Shown piece by piece: positions 19,269-27,917 of a stretch of DNA of 64,000 bases. The stretch's first letter is position 1, and the number at the start of each line of letters is the position of its first letter. The notes under the pieces were generated by a model. It did not search any database. It was not told the DNA's origin and saw only the letters and a list, made by a program, of their open reading frames with translations. Source of the stretch: an uncultured Actinomycetes bacterium (GTDB lineage: Bacteria; Actinomycetota; Actinomycetes; S36-B12; UBA10799); the NCBI GenBank assembly GCA_946803585.1, contig CAMPEQ010000010.1, positions 143,052 to 207,051 of the forward strand. The letters are read 5' to 3'. The translations under genes and the position numbers were made by a program.

Positions 19269-19847
19269 CTAGTAGCCTTGGTTGTACCCGCGAGACCAGG
19301 ACTTGAACTTCGACATCCCGTACCGCGACTTCACGTAGTTCAGTGCCGCCCACAGATTCGCGTAAGGTACCCGCTGATTCTTGGTGGACCTCAATCCACG
19401 CTTTGCGTAGTACTGATAAGTCGGTGCAATGATCTGCAGGAGTCCCATCGAAGGGGTACCGCGCGCCGCGTTGCTATCCCAGTTATTGATCGCGTTCTTG
19501 CGCCCTCCTGATTCCTGTTGAATCTGAGCCAGGATCCCAGCGAGGCGCTTCTTCTTAATACCGTGCTCAACCATGATCGCGCGAACAAGGTTCGCCCAGC
19601 GCTCAACCTTGCGCGGGAAAGCTGAGCCGTTTGGGTGCCGCAGGCGTTTTCCCTGCCACCTTGAGGGCTTGGTGGCGACCGATGCCGGGATCACTGCAAC
19701 CTTGACTTGCGGCTTCGGTGCAACACGAACGGCGACCTGGGTAGTCGAGGTTGCTGGTGTGGCGGCGGTTGCGGGTGCGGCGGCAACGAGGGAGCCGGCA
19801 AGTCCGAAAGAGGTGGCAGCGACAACACCAAGGGCGAGCTTCTTCAT
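19269..19847 (-). CDS. secreted transglycosylase SLT domain protein
   Basis: Start MKKLALGVVAATSFGLAGSLVAAAPATA (signal peptide). SLT motif ILAQIQQESGG...SMGLLQIIAPTYQYY. Confidence 0.8.
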   Translation of the reverse strand: MKKLALGVVAATSFGLAGSLVAAAPATAATPATSTTQVAVRVAPKPQVKVAVIPASVATKPSRWQGKRLRHPNGSAFPRKVERWANLVRAIMVEHGIKKKRLAGILAQIQQESGGRKNAINNWDSNAARGTPSMGLLQIIAPTYQYYAKRGLRSTKNQRVPYANLWAALNYVKSRYGMSKFKSWSRGYNQGY

Positions 19848-20023
19848 TAGGTTCCAAGCGTGGGGGACGGTGGGACAACCCGCACCCTGCCGAACTTGAA
19901 GCTTCCACTTCAACCCAAAATCTTACTTTTCGAAATCCCCTGTGGATAACTACCTCGCTTTTGGTGCATATTCGGACATATTCGTCAGCTATGTGGTGAT
20001 AGTCACATTCTCACCGCCTACTT

Positions 20024-20062
20024 ACCGTGAGTATGGCGGGCGAGGTTCCGCCCATTCTCACG
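20024..20062 (-). terminator. hairpin immediately after the DUF2505 gene
   Basis: CCGTGAG...CTCACGG outer stem with a GGCGGG/CCGCCC inner stem, starting 14 nt past the stop at 20076. Confidence 0.5.
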
Positions 20063-20075
20063 GGTCGAGCGCTGA

Positions 20076-20570
20076 TCAGTGTTCAGAAATCCACTTATCG
20101 TTGAACTCCTTCTCCTTAATGAAGTTGTCGCCGGTCTCGTCGTAGGCAGCCGACTCCAACTTCTTGCCGAGGAGCGGAATCGAGATCTTGATATCGAGTT
20201 CGGTGGACCAGGAACTGCCGGTATCAGTCGGAGAGATCTTGCTGGACCCGGTGAATCCACCAGGAGCACCCTTCGTGGCGATCGCGATCTTTGCTGTCAG
20301 CTCGTCTCCGGCTCGGGTCCACTCCTCAGTTTGAGTGACCTCAGCGGTCTCACCGATAACCTTCTTCGCGGCCGACGGTAGGTTAGCAACAACGTGTCGC
20401 ACGGATGAGACCTTGAGGGTGTCTCCGGTCGGATTGAACTCAAGCCACTCGAGATTCGTCGCACCTAGGGCGGCATATTTGGCGTCCCAGTAGCCCTGAT
20501 CTTGCAGCATCTCCCACATTTGGTCGATTCCTGCGGCGTACTGATCAACTGTGTCGATGTGCTTGGTCAT
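20076..20570 (-). CDS. DUF2505 / SRPBCC-fold family protein
   Basis: GGAGG RBS. 164 aa. The overall pattern (N-terminal helix with YW..AKYAALG, then a beta-rich body) resembles actinobacterial DUF2505 proteins. Confidence 0.65.
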   Translation of the reverse strand: MTKHIDTVDQYAAGIDQMWEMLQDQGYWDAKYAALGATNLEWLEFNPTGDTLKVSSVRHVVANLPSAAKKVIGETAEVTQTEEWTRAGDELTAKIAIATKGAPGGFTGSSKISPTDTGSSWSTELDIKISIPLLGKKLESAAYDETGDNFIKEKEFNDKWISEH

Positions 20571-20675
20571 GAGTCCTCCGGTTGCTAAGTAATCGTCGGT
20601 GCCTACCCTGCCGCCATCTCCGCGCCGGCTGCAACTCGAACACCACGCTGTTGGCCCCCTCCGTGTGCGCTCTTG

Positions 20676-21920
20676 TTATCTCAGGCCGACCTCGATAGTG
20701 AAGTCCGCAAGCTGCAGTCGCCTGGCCAGTGCCTCACCCATGGACGTCGCCGGAGTGAGCACACCAGCGATAGCGGGTAGTGCATCCGCTTCCAGGGCAA
20801 GGCACAACGCGCTCTCTGAGAGCATCACTGCGGTAGCGGCATAACCGGGATCACCGTTGGCGCCAAATGTGCTCTTCACGTCTTTGCCACTGACTGTATG
20901 CGCAATCACTTCAATCTTGAAACGTCCAGCTTCGCGCTGCTCCGGAGAGGGCCCTTCCCCCGGCTTGGGAAGCACTCGGTCCAACACCTGTCGACTTGGC
21001 GAGAAGCTCATCGCGTGTTCCATCGACCCCAGCCCCAACGCCATACCCGCGGCCATAACCGGCGCGAGCGGTTTCTTTCCAAACGCACTGACTTCCCGGT
21101 ACCGGAACTCGCGACCGTAGGACCACCCAGTCAAGGCATTGCTACGCCGAACAACCCTGGTGTTGTGCGCGGCCATCACAAAGGGTCCAATCCATCCGCC
21201 AAGTCCCGGCACATATGCGGCCCTAGCGGTATCGGGCCAGGGCGGAAGGTCAGGCTCGTTCTCACGGTCCGGGCTGAGCGAATATTGATCGGCCAAGATC
21301 TCTCGAAGGGCCGGGTCCGCCTTGACCTCATCGACCTGATTCCGCAGAGAATCGACCGTGCCACCGCTGAACCCACCCTTCATCTGACGAACCACCAAGG
21401 TGGTATCAGTAAGGGAACCCAGATCATTGCGGGCCGCGAAGTCCGCTGCCAGCCACACACCGAGGTCGCTAGGAATCGAGTCGAACCCACACGAGTTCAC
21501 GATTCGGGCACCGGTGGATTTCGCAATGCCGTCGAGGGTCTCGTCACAGTGACGCACGAAGAGAACCTCGCCGGTGAGATCGACGTAGTCGGTACCGTTC
21601 TCGGCGCAAACCGCGACCGCGACCTTGCCGTACTTAGCGTACGGTCCGACGGTCGTCACTAGCACTCGCGTCCGTTGGGCAATCCCTGTCAGAGCCGCGT
21701 GGTCATTCGCATCGGCGACTAGTAACGGCCAGTCCTTCGCGATTGGGCCGAGTTCGTCGCGCAGTTCCGTCAGCTTCAGTTCAGATCGCCCGGCAAGCCC
21801 AATGGCGGTACCACTCGGTGCAAACTGAGCCAGATACTGGGATGTTAGGCGCCCCACGAATCCGGTGGCGCCATATACGACTACGTCAAGGTCACGGGTC
21901 TTCCACTCATCGGACTTCAT
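20676..21920 (-). CDS. saccharopine dehydrogenase NADP-binding domain protein (trans-acting enoyl reductase-like)
   Basis: Start MKSDEWKTRDLDVVVYGATGFVGRL (Rossmann GxxGxxG). About 414 aa. The track ORF over-extends to 22034. Confidence 0.8.
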   Translation of the reverse strand: MKSDEWKTRDLDVVVYGATGFVGRLTSQYLAQFAPSGTAIGLAGRSELKLTELRDELGPIAKDWPLLVADANDHAALTGIAQRTRVLVTTVGPYAKYGKVAVAVCAENGTDYVDLTGEVLFVRHCDETLDGIAKSTGARIVNSCGFDSIPSDLGVWLAADFAARNDLGSLTDTTLVVRQMKGGFSGGTVDSLRNQVDEVKADPALREILADQYSLSPDRENEPDLPPWPDTARAAYVPGLGGWIGPFVMAAHNTRVVRRSNALTGWSYGREFRYREVSAFGKKPLAPVMAAGMALGLGSMEHAMSFSPSRQVLDRVLPKPGEGPSPEQREAGRFKIEVIAHTVSGKDVKSTFGANGDPGYAATAVMLSESALCLALEADALPAIAGVLTPATSMGEALARRLQLADFTIEVGLR

Positions 21921-22053
21921 ACTCACAACTCTTGCACAGCGCGGCGCGCTCAGGAAGTTCCCCGTTATGCCCACGCTCCGGGTCAACAACCCGTACGAGT
22001 GATAGAAGATCGAAACACACACTTGAACGGTCAATCAGATCTAAACTCAAGCT

Positions 22054-22542
22054 ATGACCCAGGATGCGCAGTGGCTCACGCCGCAAGAGCAGCGCGCGTG
22101 GCGTGCCCTACTTGCCACGCTCATGTTGCTGCCTCCCGCTCTCAACGCTCAACTCGAGAGGGACTCAGGGCTTTCAGCCTTCGAGTTCGGGGTACTCGCG
22201 ATGCTCTCCGAGGCACCCAACCGAACTCTCCGTATGGGTCAACTAGCGGCGGCAAATGATTCGTCTCTCTCCCGGCTATCCCATGTTGCTAAGCGGCTAG
22301 AGGATCGCGGCGCGATCTTCCGCACTCCCAGCAAGGAGGATCGTCGGGCGAATGATGCGACTCTGACCGATATCGGGTTTGAGATCGTCGAGCAGGCTGC
22401 CCCCGGTCACGTCTCAGCAGTGCGGGCACTGGTCTTCGACCAGCTCAATGACCACCAGGTCGCCGAACTCACTCAGATCGGCGACGCACTGCGAAGGAAC
22501 CTCGACCCAGAGCGCCGACTGCCCTTCATTCAAGGGCCGTAG
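22054..22542 (+). CDS. MarR family transcriptional regulator
   Basis: Winged-helix pattern FGVLAMLSEAPNRTLRMGQLAAANDSSLSRLSHVAKRLEDRGAI. Divergent from the reductase gene with a 133-bp shared intergenic region. Confidence 0.85.
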   Translation: MTQDAQWLTPQEQRAWRALLATLMLLPPALNAQLERDSGLSAFEFGVLAMLSEAPNRTLRMGQLAAANDSSLSRLSHVAKRLEDRGAIFRTPSKEDRRANDATLTDIGFEIVEQAAPGHVSAVRALVFDQLNDHQVAELTQIGDALRRNLDPERRLPFIQGP

Positions 22543-22581
22543 CTATCCAGAACACCGACCCTGCTAGGTACGCTGGCTGCC

Positions 22582-23100
22582 ATGACAATCGCCACCAGCC
22601 CGCATGAGGTCTCCTACCGTGAGGTCCGATCTCCGATCGGGTCATTGCATCTCGCGGCCACCGAACGTGGCCTAGTTCGAGTCGCGTTCGAGTCCTCTTC
22701 CGAACAAGAAGTTCGGGCAGAGCTCACACGAGTACTCGGCGACGTTGAGCTCGTGGAGGACGAACGGCTCGACTCGGCAACAGAACAGATACAGGAATTC
22801 CTCAGTGGTGAACGCACCGACTTCGATATTCCTCTTGATCTTCGACTCACAAGTGGATTCCGATCGGATGTCCTGACCGAGGCGCGGTCAATCCCCTACG
22901 GCCAGACACAAAGCTACGGTCAACTCGCCGCTGCGGTAGGTCACCCAGGAGCGGCGCGAGCTGTCGGTAGCGCGTGTGCCTCCAACCCGATTGTCCTGGT
23001 GATTCCCTGCCATCGCATCGTCCGCTCAGACGGCTCGATCGGCCAGTACGGCGGCGGAACTCGGACCAAGGCGTCACTCCTACGCATGGAAGAATCATGA
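22582..23100 (+). CDS. ogt: methylated-DNA--protein-cysteine methyltransferase
   Basis: Active-site PCHRIV preceded by IPYGQTQSYGQLA. Confidence 0.9.
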   Translation: MTIATSPHEVSYREVRSPIGSLHLAATERGLVRVAFESSSEQEVRAELTRVLGDVELVEDERLDSATEQIQEFLSGERTDFDIPLDLRLTSGFRSDVLTEARSIPYGQTQSYGQLAAAVGHPGAARAVGSACASNPIVLVIPCHRIVRSDGSIGQYGGGTRTKASLLRMEES

Positions 23101-23131
23101 TCACGAGCAAAAAGCAGTAACGTAGCGGCTT

Positions 23132-23983
23132 GTGAAGGGAATCCTGATTGGCTCAGCTGCCTCGGCAGCCGGCGTGACCCTGGCTGGCGCAGGAGCAGCC
23201 GCCTACGTAAACCGGATGGTCCAAGGACGCGCGACCGGGGACATCGAGGGGTTCCTCGATCGAGCAGACCCCGATCCCGGCGAGGTTGTCGTGATGCTCG
23301 GAGATTCCCTGGTGCGAGGGCGAGCAGGCGTTGACGTCGTGCAGCTATTGCGCGAGAGCTCGCCAACCTTCACCTGGGTAAACGGGGGCGTGCAAGGCGA
23401 TACCTCATTTGACCTCTCGGAACGGCTCGTACCCGTCGTGGGTTGCCACCCAAACAAGATCGTCATTCTCATCGGCAGCAACGATGTGCGAGTAACGCTC
23501 GACCCCGAGACCGGCGAGACCCAGCGCAAGCTCAAGGAGCTCCCGGAAAGACCCTCGGTTGAGCTCTTCAGCGTCTACCTTGAGCGGACTATCACGGAAC
23601 TCCAGAAGCACTCCCATGCGCAGGTTGCAGTCTGCTCACTTCCACCGTTGGGCCAGGACCTCGAATCCTCGACGAATCAACGGATCCGGGAGTTCAACGA
23701 GGCAATCGGGTCAGTAGTGGCAGAGACCGGCGCCACTTATCTGCCGGTCTATGAGCGCTTCAGCGACGTACTTATCACTCGCGATGAGGCTGCATCGCAT
23801 CCCTACAGCGGAAACTGGCGTGTGGCGGCGAGGTCACTTACTGCCCACTACCTTGTGGGACGTAGCTTCGATCAGATTGCCGAGCGGGCCGGACTAGAGC
23901 TATCTCCGGACACGATGCACTTCAATACGGAGGCGGCACAGATCGTTGCTGACCTCGTGGAGGGTTTCGTCAACGGGAAGTAG
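23132..23983 (+). CDS. SGNH/GDSL hydrolase family protein
   Basis: GTG start, N-terminal TM/signal, block I VVMLGDSLVRG, block III GSND. Confidence 0.8.
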   Translation: MKGILIGSAASAAGVTLAGAGAAAYVNRMVQGRATGDIEGFLDRADPDPGEVVVMLGDSLVRGRAGVDVVQLLRESSPTFTWVNGGVQGDTSFDLSERLVPVVGCHPNKIVILIGSNDVRVTLDPETGETQRKLKELPERPSVELFSVYLERTITELQKHSHAQVAVCSLPPLGQDLESSTNQRIREFNEAIGSVVAETGATYLPVYERFSDVLITRDEAASHPYSGNWRVAARSLTAHYLVGRSFDQIAERAGLELSPDTMHFNTEAAQIVADLVEGFVNGK

Positions 23984-24036
23984 TCCGTTGCGGTACTTGT
24001 CCCACTCATTGCGGTGGGCCTGCTAGCCGTGCCTTA

Positions 24037-24438
24037 CTAGCAGCGGCTATTGCGCGCCATCACGCCATTGGCGCACACAGCGTGAATGAGGTTCGCGTTC
24101 ACAAACTGAATCGGCTCCACCTTGGCGCCCTCAAGGTTTGCACCTTGAAGGTCTGTGAACCAGATCGTCGCGTCCGTGAGGTTAGCGTTGGTGAGGTTAG
24201 CTCCCAACATGTCTGTCTCGGTGAGGTCCGCCCCAGTGAGGTCAGCGCCAGAGAGGTTCGCGTTCTTGAGGTCAGCGCCCGACAGATTCGCACCCGCACA
24301 CTGGGCGTTGGGCGCAATGACACACCCATCGATGACCGTACCTTCTTGAGCATTTTCCGCTGATGAGTTAGTAGAACCGCAACCAGCCAGCGCAATTGCA
24401 CCAGCGGCCAAGAGAACTCCGAGCTTCATCACATGCAT
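24037..24438 (-). CDS. pentapeptide-repeat lipoprotein
   Basis: Lipobox LLAAGAIALAGCGS. Then consecutive A(D/N)LxG-type pentapeptides (ANLSGADLKNANLSGADLTGADLTETDMLGANLTNANLTDA...). Start is ATG 24438 or 24429. Confidence 0.8.
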   Translation of the reverse strand: MHVMKLGVLLAAGAIALAGCGSTNSSAENAQEGTVIDGCVIAPNAQCAGANLSGADLKNANLSGADLTGADLTETDMLGANLTNANLTDATIWFTDLQGANLEGAKVEPIQFVNANLIHAVCANGVMARNSRC

Positions 24439-24550
24439 CCGACGCGCACCGCCTAGGTATTGAGGGTCCAGACATTCGAAGCGAAGTCTGTCAGAAAGGG
24501 CTTCCCGACGGCTACTCGACCCGCCCAAACTGCTGGTATTACCTAAGTTG

Positions 24551-25771
24551 CTATCCGTAGTAGCCCGGCGCCCAGCCGATATAGGGCCCCCAGGCATCCA
24601 TCGTCCCCATTGAGAGAATCGCTACTCGATCACCATCTCCGCCAGTAGTAATGACCATCCCGCCGCCTGCGTAGATAGCGATGTGGCGCGCCGGGTTACC
24701 TGACATCCAAAATACTTGCGCCCCAACTGGTGGCGTTCGGTCCCCCGGGTGACCGTAGCCAGCCTTCTTGGCCCGGTACCACTGGTCGATCGCCCGAGGC
24801 ATTCGTCCGCCTGAGGCGCCGTAGGCGTCGTCAACAAAGCCGAGGCAGAGATGGTCATAGCTCGACCCTCTACCGATGAACTGCATCGCCCAATCGACGA
24901 CCTGCCGACCCGAACGCGCCGTGGGGTACTTCACGCCCTTCACCACCGTACTTCCACCGGCTTTGCGCTCTTGCTCAGTTTGGTACTGGTCGAGGACCTC
25001 GTTGTAGGTCTTTCGAATCTCGCGTAACTGCGCCGCTGCCTTGTCCAGGGCGGTCTGTCGCTGGCCTACTAAATCGGAAACAGCCTGCTTGGCGGCCTGT
25101 GCGGCGGCTTGTGACTGCCGCGCTTGGTCGGCCTTCGCCTCGGCCTCAAGCTGTCGCTGCCGGGTCACGTCCTCGAGTCGTTTAAGCTCCGCCAACTTCT
25201 CCGTCAGTGCTTGTTTGGCCGCCATCAGTCGGTCGTAGGTGCTGGCGTTCGCTCGAGAGGTTCGCTTCACCGCGACCGCCTGGTTAGCGAAGTCGGCGGG
25301 GTCGGTTGCACCCATAATCATCTCGAGGGTCTGGTACTCCCCACCCTGGATGTAGCTGCGTCGGGCGAGTTTTGACACCTCAACAAGTAGCTCATCAATG
25401 ACTAACTGGGCTGCGACAATCTGCTCTTTCTGCTTGTCAACCTGGGCCCGGGCGGCAACGACTGCCTCCCTCGCACTCTCGACTGCTGCGGCCGCCGCGG
25501 CAGCTGCCTCGTTTGCCTTGGTAACCGCCCGCTGGGCGGCAGGGAGCTTCGCCTCCGCTGCCTCAACTGCGGCCTTGGTCCGACCGATCGCGGCCGACTC
25601 CTTCTGGAGCTTCTTTCTCGCGTCTTGAACATCGGAAAGCGAGGGTGCAGGCGGGTTAGCCGATGGCAGCGCTGCGCTAGCAGTCAGCGTCAGGGGGGTA
25701 TGCAGTCCCGCCGCGATAAGCCCTGCGGCAACTGTTGGCACGATAAGCCCACGTCGACAGCGCAATCCCAT
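24551..25771 (-). CDS. coiled-coil NlpC/P60 (C40) peptidoglycan endopeptidase, RipA/RipC-like
   Basis: Signal peptide, about 250 aa of Ala/Gln/Glu-rich coiled coil, then a C-terminal NlpC/P60-like domain (DHLCLGFVDDAY...HIAIYAGGG). Start is ATG 25771 or GTG 25783. Confidence 0.85.
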   Translation of the reverse strand: MGLRCRRGLIVPTVAAGLIAAGLHTPLTLTASAALPSANPPAPSLSDVQDARKKLQKESAAIGRTKAAVEAAEAKLPAAQRAVTKANEAAAAAAAAVESAREAVVAARAQVDKQKEQIVAAQLVIDELLVEVSKLARRSYIQGGEYQTLEMIMGATDPADFANQAVAVKRTSRANASTYDRLMAAKQALTEKLAELKRLEDVTRQRQLEAEAKADQARQSQAAAQAAKQAVSDLVGQRQTALDKAAAQLREIRKTYNEVLDQYQTEQERKAGGSTVVKGVKYPTARSGRQVVDWAMQFIGRGSSYDHLCLGFVDDAYGASGGRMPRAIDQWYRAKKAGYGHPGDRTPPVGAQVFWMSGNPARHIAIYAGGGMVITTGGDGDRVAILSMGTMDAWGPYIGWAPGYYG

Positions 25772-25917
25772 GGCTCCTCTCACTCACGGTGCTGATCTGG
25801 CATCTGCAAAGCTAGCGACGGCAAACCGAAATTGGGCGAAGGCGTGCCCGAGGGCAGCTCAGAAATTGTGATCTAGCCGAAAGTACGATGGCGGCCGGCC
25901 TCAGGTCCGCTAGCTAC

Positions 25918-27453
25918 CTAGCTTCCGATCGTCTCGGCAACGATCTGCCCAAACTCCTCGAAGACGAGCTCACTCAACCGGTTCACATCAGGCACGAGGG
26001 TCTTATCCGCGCCGAATCCGATGCTTACTGTTCCGTTGTAGCTAAAGATGCATATCGTCAGCGGCTGATTACCTGAGCACGGCGCCCACCCCAGGATGCC
26101 AGCAACCTCGGTTCCAGCCAGGCGCATAGGTGATCGGGGACCGGGAACGTTCGTGAGGACCCCCACTGCCTTGTTGGCGAAATAGTTGGTCAGACCGACC
26201 GAGAGTAGGTTCGGCGCCGCAGCAATCCCCCGCTGAACCCCAAACGTCAACAGCGCCTCGTCACTTCGTTTGATCCGATCCATCCGAGCATGCATCTGCG
26301 CCAGTCGATCTAACGCGGGGCCCGCTGCGATCGGCATTCGCAAGGCGACGAGGGCGAAGTGATTTCCGAGCTCCTTGGGGACGCCTGGCTCCACCGGGGC
26401 GACACTGACCGGAACCATCCACATCACCTCATCGACGCCATCGTCGCCCTTCTCGCGCAGGTACTGACCTAATGCGCCAGCGACCGCAGTCAGCAGGACA
26501 TCGTTAACGGTCGTCCCTGTGTCGCGACCCACCCGCTTGACAGTGTCCAAGTCGATCGCTTGCGCCCAGCCCGCATCTTTCTCGATTGATGGCTCCCCGC
26601 TCCACACTGTTGCAACGCTCTCGCCAGCAAGCAGCAGTTTGCCGACAGAGGCAGCATCGTTCACCGCCCGGTTATCCGGCGAGCTCACGAGCAAACTGAC
26701 ATCCATGAAGCGTTCGGGGGACTTGATTGCTCCGAGCCCGAAAGTGAAGATCTCCCGCGAATCCTGCGCGACCGTAGCGCTAGCGCTCTGAACGTCTCCC
26801 TTGAATAGCGAAGATCCCACGGCCGAAGCCGCACCCGCCGCAGCGCGCGACGCCGTCCGACCGAGATCAACAGTGTCGGAGACGGCCTTTCTCACTGCCT
26901 TCCGAATCACGCCAAGCTTTGAACCGCCGTGCGGAAGGCTCCTTCCGACGGCGGGTACATCCGCTGGATCGAGATCGCAGAGCCCCATGACGGCTTGGGT
27001 CAGCCGAATCCCATCGGCGATTGAGTGATGGCAGCGGGACAGCAGCGCGGAACCAATGGTGCCGTCATCCATCGTCAGGTTCGAGATGCAGTACATCACC
27101 CACATTGGCTGCGATCTGTCGAACTCAACGCTTCGCTGCGAGCCGATGAAGCGGCGCAACTGCTCGAAACCTGCCCCATCCGCCAGCTCCACGTGACGGA
27201 TGCGATCGGAGATATCGAAGTCCTCTAACTCCTCCCACACCCAACTAGATCCACGCTGCTGGGGCCGCGAGCGAAAGACTGCGAACGGTTCAACCAGGCG
27301 CTCCAGTACGACCTGCTCGACCGCCGACCAATCCAACGGGCTCTTGAACCACATGACCGAGTCGATGACCATCAAATTGTTGGGTCGGTCCATCGTCAGC
27401 CACAGGGCGTCTTGGGCAGACATCGGCATCGTTCGTCCGCCGCGCTTGGTCAT
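25918..27453 (-). CDS. wax ester synthase/diacylglycerol acyltransferase (WS/DGAT)
   Basis: Catalytic HHSIADG motif. About 511 aa from MTKRGGRTMPMSAQDALWL. The track ORF over-extends to 27669. Confidence 0.9.
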   Translation of the reverse strand: MTKRGGRTMPMSAQDALWLTMDRPNNLMVIDSVMWFKSPLDWSAVEQVVLERLVEPFAVFRSRPQQRGSSWVWEELEDFDISDRIRHVELADGAGFEQLRRFIGSQRSVEFDRSQPMWVMYCISNLTMDDGTIGSALLSRCHHSIADGIRLTQAVMGLCDLDPADVPAVGRSLPHGGSKLGVIRKAVRKAVSDTVDLGRTASRAAAGAASAVGSSLFKGDVQSASATVAQDSREIFTFGLGAIKSPERFMDVSLLVSSPDNRAVNDAASVGKLLLAGESVATVWSGEPSIEKDAGWAQAIDLDTVKRVGRDTGTTVNDVLLTAVAGALGQYLREKGDDGVDEVMWMVPVSVAPVEPGVPKELGNHFALVALRMPIAAGPALDRLAQMHARMDRIKRSDEALLTFGVQRGIAAAPNLLSVGLTNYFANKAVGVLTNVPGPRSPMRLAGTEVAGILGWAPCSGNQPLTICIFSYNGTVSIGFGADKTLVPDVNRLSELVFEEFGQIVAETIGS

Positions 27454-27461
27454 GTGAGCTT

Positions 27462-27851
27462 CTACGCCTTCTCCCTGGGCCATACCGCCACAATCATCGG
27501 GATCTGTAGCGGCATCCTTGCCCAACCGATGAGCGAAGCTCGGGAACCAATCCCGCGCTTGCGCGAGACCTTGACCGCGTAGGTCGCGTTTCCTGGCCAA
27601 ACTGCGAGCAGGAGCGCCACCGAGGCGGGTCGTGCCCACCGCTGATCTGCGGCCAGACCTGCGGCGCACACTAACTCCGCGACTCCAGAGGAGTAGATCC
27701 AGACATCAGGCTCGGGCAGTTGCGGGGGGATCAGCGGGCGAAAGACCTGCGGACGAGCCAGGTGCACCACTCCCGAGACAGCAAAAGCTGCCGCAACAAC
27801 CCTTGCCGCGTTGGTACTGCGCAACGCCGTCACAACACGCGAATTCGTCAT
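27462..27851 (-). CDS. DoxX-like family membrane protein
   Basis: GGAGG RBS. FAVSGVVHLARPQVFRPLIPPQLPEP...SGVAELVCAAGL...WPGN matches the DoxX-like pattern. Confidence 0.65.
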   Translation of the reverse strand: MTNSRVVTALRSTNAARVVAAAFAVSGVVHLARPQVFRPLIPPQLPEPDVWIYSSGVAELVCAAGLAADQRWARPASVALLLAVWPGNATYAVKVSRKRGIGSRASLIGWARMPLQIPMIVAVWPREKA

Positions 27852-27917
27852 CTCGCCTCCACCGCTCAAACTAGCGCACCAGTGCCTTTGCCAATGGACC
27901 GCAGGCACCCGCTAGAG

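Noticed and set aside
19848-20075. Possible cyclic-di-AMP (ydaO-type) riboswitch in the 228-nt leader of the secreted SLT gene
   Set aside because: Actinobacterial cell-wall hydrolase genes often carry this riboswitch, so I tried to align the consensus blocks (CGCUnAAUC, GGGGA-CC, GGGGUGAAUC, CCGA-CCCG-AGCUAACC). They are not present in the right order. The first 40 nt are better explained as the terminator hairpin of the upstream gene (20024..20062). An Infernal scan would settle it.
20898-21662. 254-aa ORF on the plus strand
   Set aside because: It is antisense to the saccharopine-dehydrogenase-like gene. The translation is Arg/Gly/Pro-rich with no motif, so it is a shadow ORF.
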